NCBI GenBank assembly: GCA_023920165.1
Contig: CP089276.1
Location: 1,984,001 to 2,048,000 of the forward strand
DNA: 64,000 nucleotides
Direction: 5' to 3'
Origin: Curvularia clavata
Taxonomy: Eukaryota
Below are positions 55,368-64,000 of this stretch, in pieces. Under the pieces are notes generated by a model that saw only the letters and a program-made list of their open reading frames with translations, was not told the origin of the DNA and searched no databases. Position 1 is the first letter of the stretch; the number at the start of each line of letters is the position of its first letter. Position numbers and translations under genes: made by a program.

Positions 55368-57029
55368 ATGAAGCTCAAACTCAAGAACCCCGACGCTCCT
55401 CCTCCCAGCGATGCGCCCACAGAACCGCCTCCCTCCGACGCGCCTACGCCGACCACCGCGAAGCCAGGCCTGAAAATCAAGTTCAAACCTGCAGCGCCTG
55501 TCTCAGGCGACTCTGTAGATGCGCAGAGCGGTGATGCAACAAAGATCAAGCGCAAGTACACCAAAAAGCCCAAGGTTGACGAGAGCGGCAACATCATCCC
55601 TCCAGGAAAGCCCGGGCCTAAGAAGAGGGCGCGCGATGAGGGCGAAAATGTTGATTCACCCGCTCTCAAGCGCAAGCCAAAGCCCACAGCAAAGAGCCTT
55701 GCCATGGCCAACGACAGCGACGATGACGACCTCACAGCAGTCGAACAACCGCCTCCTCCACTCAAGGCGCACAATCGCACGCAGTCTATCAAGCTCTCCA
55801 TCAAACCAAAGGGCGGCTTGAGCACAAATGTCCCAGCCAGAAGCACGGCCATTCTGAAGGTCAAGGGCGCGGGAAAACCGCCAGTAAGACCGTATGGTGT
55901 TGGCTACGACAGCGAGGCCGAGGAAGCGGAGGTTGACCCGGCCATCGAGTCTCAGTTTGTGCTGCGGATGAAACCTGGGCCAGACTGCGACTTACTGCGC
56001 AAGTCTATTGAAGAAAAGACCATCGGCAAGAGCATGTCACAAGGAGGCCCTGGCGTGCACTTCCGCTTCTTTGATCGCGAGGGCCGCCGCGCGATGCTCA
56101 CGATACAGAATCGCATGTATGCCGCGACCATGGTAGAGCTGCCCGCAGTCATTGAATCTCTGAAGAGCTGGAACAAGAAGGACTGGGTAAAGACCGCCGA
56201 TGTCTGCCAGATGCTCTTGGTCTTGGACGAGGTTAAGAATGAGGAAGAGGCAAAAAAGTATCCGCTGCCGTCCTACATCTCCCCAGATACACACCGCTTC
56301 CCTCACGGCCTGACGCCGCCAATGAGATGGGCCCGCAAGCGACGCTTCCGTCATCGAAAATCCTACATTGATGTTGAGCGAGCTGAAGCGGAGATGAATC
56401 GACTGCTAGCTGAGGATGAAAATGCCGTGTCTACAAAGTACGAGATGATAGACAGCGACGCAGAGAGCTCTGAAGAAGAGTCAAGTTCGGAAGAAGACGT
56501 TGATGAGGAAATGGCTGATGCCTCGCAAGCTGAAGAGATGGACGCCAACGACCTTGAGCAGATGCTTGCAGAGGGCCTCATGGACGATGAGGTCGAGTTC
56601 ACAGGCGATAACGAACAGCTGAATGCGCTACTTGCCAACTCTAACAATATCGAAGTCGAACAAGTTGGCACCCCCACGACTGCTCATGACGTCGCCATGC
56701 ACGCTCTCAGCCAGAATGGCAATGTGGCCGTCGAACCTGAGACCGCAGCCTCTACACCTGCAGCAGCCACTTCTGCCGATGATGATGATGACGACGACTC
56801 TGATGAGGATGGTGACGAAGTGGATGAAGCCGCGGCGGCTGAGGAGCAACGCAAAGAGCAGCTCCGCACCGAAATTGCAGAGCTGGAGAAGGCCATTATC
56901 CAGAGCACCGAGCAGCGCGACAGACAAACCAATGTCCTCTTTAAGAAACGCGTGCAGAACCAGATCGATAAGCAGAAGGCGGATCTTGCTATCAAGCGTA
57001 AGCAGCTTAACGAGGAGGCGGATGAATAA
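55368..57029 (+). CDS. TAF7: TFIID subunit TAF7 (TAFII55 N-terminal domain)
   Basis: DPAIESQFVLRM, VELPAVIESLKSWNKK, KTADVCQMLLV, HGLTPPMRWARKRRFR; C-terminal coiled coil. Confidence 0.92.
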   Translation: MKLKLKNPDAPPPSDAPTEPPPSDAPTPTTAKPGLKIKFKPAAPVSGDSVDAQSGDATKIKRKYTKKPKVDESGNIIPPGKPGPKKRARDEGENVDSPALKRKPKPTAKSLAMANDSDDDDLTAVEQPPPPLKAHNRTQSIKLSIKPKGGLSTNVPARSTAILKVKGAGKPPVRPYGVGYDSEAEEAEVDPAIESQFVLRMKPGPDCDLLRKSIEEKTIGKSMSQGGPGVHFRFFDREGRRAMLTIQNRMYAATMVELPAVIESLKSWNKKDWVKTADVCQMLLVLDEVKNEEEAKKYPLPSYISPDTHRFPHGLTPPMRWARKRRFRHRKSYIDVERAEAEMNRLLAEDENAVSTKYEMIDSDAESSEEESSSEEDVDEEMADASQAEEMDANDLEQMLAEGLMDDEVEFTGDNEQLNALLANSNNIEVEQVGTPTTAHDVAMHALSQNGNVAVEPETAASTPAAATSADDDDDDDSDEDGDEVDEAAAAEEQRKEQLRTEIAELEKAIIQSTEQRDRQTNVLFKKRVQNQIDKQKADLAIKRKQLNEEADE

Positions 57030-57677
57030 CAAACAGGTGTATTCTTCCATTAGCTTCCGCCTTGTAGGACAGTGTAAGCATTTGGTATTGGTTCATGGGA
57101 GGGGGGGTGAACATGGAAATCAGGCCGGCGTCTAGGTCACTGCATTCTTATGGCGTTTTTAAGACTGGGGCACGAAGCCCTGCTTGCATATAGGCGTTTT
57201 CTATAACTACTATACATCGCGCCATGCCAGTGGTCTCGATACTTTTTCTTTCAATGGTCCTTGTAATCTGCAATCTACATGAATCCCCAAATCGGAATTC
57301 GTTCCTAGAACTCAATTGATAGGTGAATTGAGACGTCGTAGTGGTGAAACTTGGTTTTGAATATAAGCGATGAAAATGAGCCTTAAAAGCTTTGAAAGCG
57401 GGTTATGAAAGCTAGTCGTGGAAATTAGTGGTGACGGGTACATCCTAATACAATGGTAGCTGGAAAGAATAGCCACGTGATCTGGACCCTGCCAAGGCGT
57501 GCGTTTTAGTTTGCCGTATACTTGCGTCGTCCTTTGTTGCCCCGCTGCTCTTTTCTCCAACAAATCCTTAACGTCTCACCCCACATCGGTTGAACCACGA
57601 TCCAGGCGTATGTTAACGCGTGTCGCGAGGTCACAAAGGTAATAAGCGCATAATTTTCCACCGCAATCGATTGCGAA

Positions 57678-58869
57678 ATGCCGCCCATAGGGCCACCGCC
57701 GTATACTCATGAACAGATCTCCGCGATGACCTCCCAAGCGGAGAGAACACGCGCCTACGCCGAGCTCGCAAGTATGTGAAAAACTATCCCGGATCGCAAG
57801 ATAGTCTCAATATGTTAACAGCAAACTACTAGGCTATATTGCGCGCCTCAAAAGAGAGAAAGCAGAGCGTCAAAATGCTGAGACCCAAGGCGACGCGGGC
57901 AATCATTACCACAGCCCACCTCATCGAAAGCTCGGTAGCTCTAGTCATGGCTCTGCTCACTACCATCCATACCAGCGCCCACAGGCTATAGGAAAGAACG
58001 CGGCTGAGTCTCGCGACGCAAACGATATTGAAAGCCTCCTGAAGCAGCTGACCAACGACGGCATCTCGGAGCAGCCGTCCAACAATGGTGTGTCGAAGAA
58101 GAGGTCAATCGAGGACATGTCGGAGAAGCCGAAAGTCAAAAAAGCCCTTTTGAAGCAGCTGTCTAACAACGCCGCCCCAAATCGCGATGGTCATCAAACC
58201 GAGCCCAAGAACCTCTGCCCCACGTTTATTGTCACAGGTATTTCAACCAAACGATACTTTCGCCGCATCCCCTTCTGCTTATGCGCCCCTAACCCGCGCT
58301 TAGGACGTTGTTCCCGTAAGGTGTGCCCCCATATCCACGACCCAGACAAACAGGCCGTGTGCAAACGCTGGTTCTACAAGGATACATGCCAGATGGGGAA
58401 ATTGTGTTTCCTATCGCATGTTGCTACCCCGCGCAATACGCCTACATGCACCTATTTCATGGCTGGTCGATGCTCCAACAATGACTGCCGTTTCGCTCAC
58501 GTTCGCGTTGACCCTGCTGCACTCAACTGCAAAAAATTTGGACGCCTGGGCTACTGTGAGAAGGGAGACACGTGCACTGAATTGCATGCACACGAGTGTC
58601 CCTATTATGCCAATCAGGGTTTTTGTTACCACGGCGACAACTGCCGCATGGGACATTACCATCGTGCCTCTCGAATGAAGGCCAGCCGTTTCCCTTCACC
58701 AGCTTCCCCTCTTGCGTCAAACACCTCTGACCGTTCCAACACTCCTGAGGATGATATGGATGTCGCCGGAGTTAACCTGGAACAGAACATGCCAAAGACT
58801 GATGCTCACCAACAGGCCCATCAGTTCACACAGCAGGCAGATTTTGTTTCCCTCGATGACGATCCCTGA
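57678..58869 (+). CDS. Multi-CCCH zinc-finger protein (ZC3H3/Yth1-like array), multi-exon
   Basis: Five C-x7/8-C-x4/5-C-x3-H units (CPTF..., CKRWF..., CTYF..., CKKF..., CPYY...). Confidence 0.8.
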
Positions 58870-59973
58870 ACAACTAGCCCACTCAGTGGTCTGATGCTGC
58901 CCGAACACTGTAAGTTCTCCCCTTCTTTCCTTCTGTCATGGATTCACCTGACTTTCCTTTTCTTTCAAGTTCTGGTGTCTACAAGCTGCCCACTATGGTA
59001 AGTTCTCGACTCTACTCTCTTCAAGATTTTTCGACTGTTCTCTCTTCGACTTGTCTCAACTTTAATTTCTTCGACTAGTCTCGACTGTTTCAGTCCAGCC
59101 CTTGACGTTTTTGCGTTCAGGGTTCTTTTCGATGATACCCCTTCTCACGATTTACTGCCGTCTTCTGTTGTCTTCTATTCGAAGGGCTGTCCATGTCCAT
59201 TTTCCAAGCCTCCACTGCCAATGGAAGTGAATTAGCACATGTAGCTTGCTCTATGTAGCCTGCATTTACTTTTCGATAGATACGGCCTTGCTCGCAATAC
59301 GAGTGCGAATAATAGCACGAGCCGAAAAAAACATAATAAGAGAGTAAAAAAAAGTATTTATGAAAACAATTGAAAGATGTAAATGATTCTTGTCTGTCCC
59401 TGTCCAATGCTATCGATTGGTGGATACATGTAGAAGATAAGTACATGTTTGCGAGTGTTGAAAGAAAATGGGCTGCAGCTCAATGGTGGCGCATACGGCA
59501 GTGCGATTGTATGAACGTGGGAATGAAGACTTTAGGACATGCTTTGCCCATGTCTAAATGAGATTATAACTATTGTAAGTTACATAGAGAATATGGACCC
59601 CGCAAGGCGTTTGGGTCGATGTATCTATATATACGACGCCTTAGCGACGCGATTGCTTGCAGCGTAGGTTCTGACAGGGGCGGCGCGTGGTGGAGGCTGA
59701 GGCGGGCTGGAGCTACCGCTTAGCCTCCATTCTACTGTCAATCGTGCCTTACAATTCGACAGCCCGCGCACAGCATAATGTGCTGCTTTGCCCCGTTTAC
59801 GATGACTCTGCGAAGATATAAGACCACCCTGAAGATTGAATAGTGTCAAAGTACGGCGCGCGCTCCAGGTTTGGCGAAGTCGTTCTCGAATAACATTAGG
59901 TCTCCTGCCGCGTAACCCCTTGCCTTTGCTGGCAAAGCGAAGCTTGACACGAGAGCCCGTTCTACGCAACAAC

Positions 59974-62514
59974 ATGACGCTCAAAGACCTGTTGAAAAAA
60001 AAGGACAAAATAAAAGACGAGGGTGCTACCCCGACGTCCCCCACCGGTCCTACGCTTTCGCCCGATGTTCCAGAGTTCCAGTTCTTTCGCACTACGACCT
60101 CGACGCAAGAAACGATCGAGCCCCCTAGCTTTCCTGGCGACCCCCAGCGCAGCGCTCCGCTCTTGTCACCTGAACCGAAGGGCAAATTTGGCAGATTCAG
60201 GAGTCGTAGCAATGCGTCGTCACAAGGCTCTACGTCGGGAGGAGAGCGGCACAGGTTCCAGCTTGGGCGGAGCAAGTCGAATGCCTCAGTAAACGTGCCA
60301 GATAATCTTCCAGAAGTGGGCGGAGATGGGGTAGCACGAACAGAGGAAGAGGAAGCTAAATGGGAAAGAAGGGCTACTGTGCTGGTTACATCGGGTCTGC
60401 AACACAACTCCAGCCAGCCCAGTACACCAAGCTTTGCGCCCATGAGTCCAACGTCTCAAGGGACGCCCACGAGCGCCAGGCGTCGCAGTGCAACCATCGG
60501 CGCTCCAGCAGATGAGGTACGCATCATTGTGGATAGGACAGGAGTTGGTCTAAGCTTTGCATAGGAGACCATACACGAGGCTATTCGACTACACGAGAAC
60601 GGAGGTGGGCAGTCGCACCAGCTGTGTATGCGTTCATGATGAAGCTAACAATAGGACGAAGACCTTGAAGCATCAACTTCCTTATTTGCGAAACTTGCTG
60701 AGCCCACTGGAGCAAACAATGCACTGGCACAGGTACTCTATGGTCTCGCCTTGCGGTAGGTTTCCTGTCTCTCCTCCAACCGCAATCTGATATTGTCAAC
60801 CAACCCCGAATATTTGTCCAAATCCGACCCAATTCATTGACTGACCATGTAATAGCCATGGCTGGGGCTGTGAGCCGAATCAGGAACAAGCAGTTCAATA
60901 CCTATCCATGGCAGCATCAAACAGTGCAGAGGTCGAGAAACTAGCCCTTGGTGCAGGCATGAAGAAAGGAGGTGCGGCCAAAGGTGAGCTTGTGCTGGCC
61001 ATGTACGAGTTGGCCAACTGCTTCCGCAATGGCTGGGGTATCAAGAAAGATCCAACTGCTGCGAAGCAGTATTACGAGACCGCTGCAAACTTGGGCGACA
61101 CGGATGCGATGAACGAGGTAGCTTGGTGCTACCTCGAGGGCTTCGGCACGAAGAAAGACAAGGTAAGCAAGCCATGTCAGCCCCTTCACTATCTGATGGT
61201 CTTTGCACTCGCTTGTACGTCTTCTTGACCGGTCAACTCTATGCAACAACGACGCGAACTGCCAGCTTGGAAGGCTGTACAGCCTGGACCTCAGTCATCA
61301 TGCGCCCTGTCCCTCTGAGACATGGCGTCTGCGTTATTTCGCCTCACTGTTTGGGCAGCAGTAGAAACTCGGCTGATGTGGATGTATGCTGACTGCGCCT
61401 TGTCTCCAGTTCAAAGCGGCTCAATTCCTGCGCCTCGCAGAGTCCAAGGGCAATAAGACGTTAGGCAACACTTGGTAAGTGGCATCATTTCTTTACCATT
61501 TCCGTCGACAAGAAGGATCCATATTGTCCCGGACCGAGCCTCAATCTATGCCGCGGCAAGAGAAGATATGATGGTGACCCGCGCCATCCCGTCGCAGCCG
61601 ATGTTGCATTTTCAGACAATCTCAACACCAAGCCACCAGGCGTGATCCAACAATCCAACGCACGGCGCTATTGTCTGTTCAGGCGAGCCGGTCTGAAGGC
61701 GCAGTTGCCAAGCAGAATCGATTGGCTCAGAGTGCACCGTTTTGACTCTCGTCTCGCTTAGCCGATGCGGACGCTGAACGGCCCTCGCCCTCACCCGCAG
61801 CACGACCTGTCACACCTATTGCCAGTTCCCCGCTACGCACACCTGATCGCATCTGCAGACGAAGGAAAAACCCATCATTAGGACCCTGCCTGTTTGGTGC
61901 AAGCATAAATCTTCCATGCCAATAGCGGAAGCCGCATACCTCCAGAACCGGTCTACCGGGAGCCTAGTGCACGCAAGCCTGTTTATGGGTCTACACGTGG
62001 CAGCGTGTAGCTGGCCTCGGTTCCGGAGTAAGCATCAGCGGAAGGGTGGGAGGGTGTAGCCGATGACGGAGTTCAGCACGTCAATGGGTGTGTGGAGCAA
62101 CCGTCAGATGATTGCATCAATCACAGCAAGCTGGAAATTACGATGCATGATGGCGCGACAATAGTAGCATGGTGTTGACGTTATTGCTGGCAAGGCCGTG
62201 CGGGCTTGCTGCTTGGAAGAGCAAAGGGCACATTCGTATCACGGACGGCTATCGCGACAACGACGGTAGGCTCGGGGAACTGAGAACAACGGAAGACAAC
62301 GACCCTCTTTGGTGACGATCTGGATCTTGACTTGCTAGACTGCAGTAGTTTCGGCATGCCGTCCATCATTGCCCTGGTGCTGTACGACTAAGCCTTCGGA
62401 GCTGAACTTTACCCGCTAATGCTTTCCCTCTGGACAAGTCGGATTGGACCGATGAGCACATGCTGACTAGACTATTGCAATAGGATCTGGAAAGACAAAT
62501 ACAACCCCAAGTAA
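59974..62514 (+). CDS. Sel1-like repeat (HCP-like) protein, multi-exon, with a long last intron (61475-62483)
   Basis: QVLYGLALR|HGWG, ELVLAMYELANCFRNGWG, YETAANLGDTDAMNEVAWCYLEGFGTKKDK|FKAAQFLRLAESKGNKTLGNTW|IWKDKYNPK*. Confidence 0.85.
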
Positions 62515-62804
62515 AGGCGTTATAGTGTCGCTTTAGGCCAGGCGTTGTGGGCTGCCTCGGCCCGACTCGCTCCTACACAGCCTATTCCGGAAGTCATGAG
62601 ATGGTGTCGTGTGAGATAGGCGTCGCGTCGTCTTTCCCGTGGGGAAGCGAAGATCTTGTTGCTTTTGTTTTCAGCAACAAAGTTTGTTTCTTGAATAATT
62701 CAACCCATTATTTTCTTTTTGTCCTATCAACGTCCAAGTTTTTTGTCCGAGGGGGTGTCGTTTTTTTCGGTTTTAATCCCGGGTGATTTACCCTTTTCTT
62801 CCTG

Positions 62805-62861
62805 GTGGGTGTACTGGATGTTGGTGTGGGTGTACTGGATGTTGGTGTGGGTGTGTGTGTG
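62805..62861. repeat. Short 21-bp tandem duplication (GTGGGTGTACTGGATGTTGGT x2) running into (GT)n
   Basis: Read directly. Confidence 0.7.
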
Positions 62862-64000
62862 GCAAAACATTGGTTCTAGAATCTAGGGCCACTTACTCCT
62901 AGGGAAGGTAAAGGATCGCACACTATTTTCCTCAGGGTAATCGTACGCCGAGTATTGGAGACTATGTCTAGCTTTGGACTTGCTGCGGGACGAATTCACG
63001 GGCAAAGAAGGCAGCACTTGTCCACTGAGAGAGACAAGAGTTTCTTTCGGTAATCATCTGGAACTGGAATGATTCATTTATCCTATCGATTTCCAGCACG
63101 ACTCAGTAACGCAAAGGCCGTCGTACAATGCTCCGAGAAAGATACCTACATTGTAGCCATGTTCTTGCTTACCGCATCACGGTGGTCTGTCCCTGCGGGA
63201 AACGCCGAGAAACGGAGCATCTTACATGCTTAAGAGTCATACATTGGAATTTTTTTCTCTCTCTAGATACCCTTTGACACGTAGGAAACGTGGTAGAGAA
63301 GCATCTAGCATTTCCCCCCCATTCTCCTCCGTTTCATCACCCTGTTTTCGTACACATGTACAGGTGAAGTAATGCAAGTGTCGATGTATGTACATACGGA
63401 TGTAATGCACGCCAAACCTCCCCTCCATAAGATTTTCCCTTCGTGCATAACCCCCCCGCTTTCCCGGCTCAAACTTGCATATCCTGTGTATTTTTTTCTT
63501 CTCTTCCCTTCCGCACTCGCCCGTCTTTCTGCTTGATTCTCTCCATCGGAAGCAAGTATAATGGGGCTTGTGGGCTAGCTCATCGCACCTACATACATAC
63601 GCAGATAGCTTGGACCCCGTACCGTCCTCTCGTATGCATGCAAGTGTGAAAGTGTCTGTGTAACACTTCCACACCCCTGTTCACCTGTGGCTGTGGTCTT
63701 TGTGGTCTGTGAGTACGTACATACACACGCATGTAGATGCAGAAGAAGAAAAAAACTACGGACAAGGGACCACAATTCTGAAACGAAGCTATCGTGCGTT
63801 GGTGGTGCATCCACGGCGGCTGGTGGAGGTGGAGGTGGAGATGCATGAAGGGAGGGAGGTCGAGGGTCTACAGCTAGGAGTTTTGGTAGAGGGGTTGGGA
63901 ATGACGTCGACAGCGTATGGTCTTTGCTTTGCTGTGTACTTGATTCCTTTTTTTTTCATGGGTTCAAAGCATATCACGGGGTAAGGATAAGAAAATGAGG

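Noticed and set aside
62900..64000. Short ORFs at the right end
   Set aside because: Low-complexity, UTR/intergenic-like sequence without recognisable motifs.

Overview
Eukaryotic, intron-containing DNA from a filamentous ascomycete (gene content and intron style suggest a Dothideomycete/Pleosporales; this is inference). Positions 1-10.1 kb are an accessory, immunity-like block. It holds a PNP_UDP nucleoside-phosphorylase effector gene and a divergent NB-ARC-TPR NLR gene that share a matching PP/RHIM-like amyloid motif, a CorA-like pseudogene between them, and three F-box-like/DUF7730-type orphan genes. The rest is mostly housekeeping genes: FAS1-domain gene with an intronic tRNA-Leu, NNR2, a PWWP protein, a CBS-domain protein, PTC7, a PWI/SR protein, FMP41, a CCCH-Smr protein, TVP38, ATP1, MPO1, RPB7, DAP2, an MBL-fold hydrolase, a zinc-finger TF, TAF3/TAF7, a CCCH protein and a Sel1 protein. 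The most unusual structure is in ATP1. Five introns are packed into about 260 nt of its conserved core, including a 19-nt microexon and a GC-AG intron. One of them is a 1.9-kb spliceosomal intron with a decayed, same-strand nuclease-like reading frame, flanked on both sides by about 65-nt periodic repeats with a conserved GTGGCAGATACAGC core. This is a candidate homing-type mobile spliceosomal intron. Exon boundaries were read by eye and no database searches were run.
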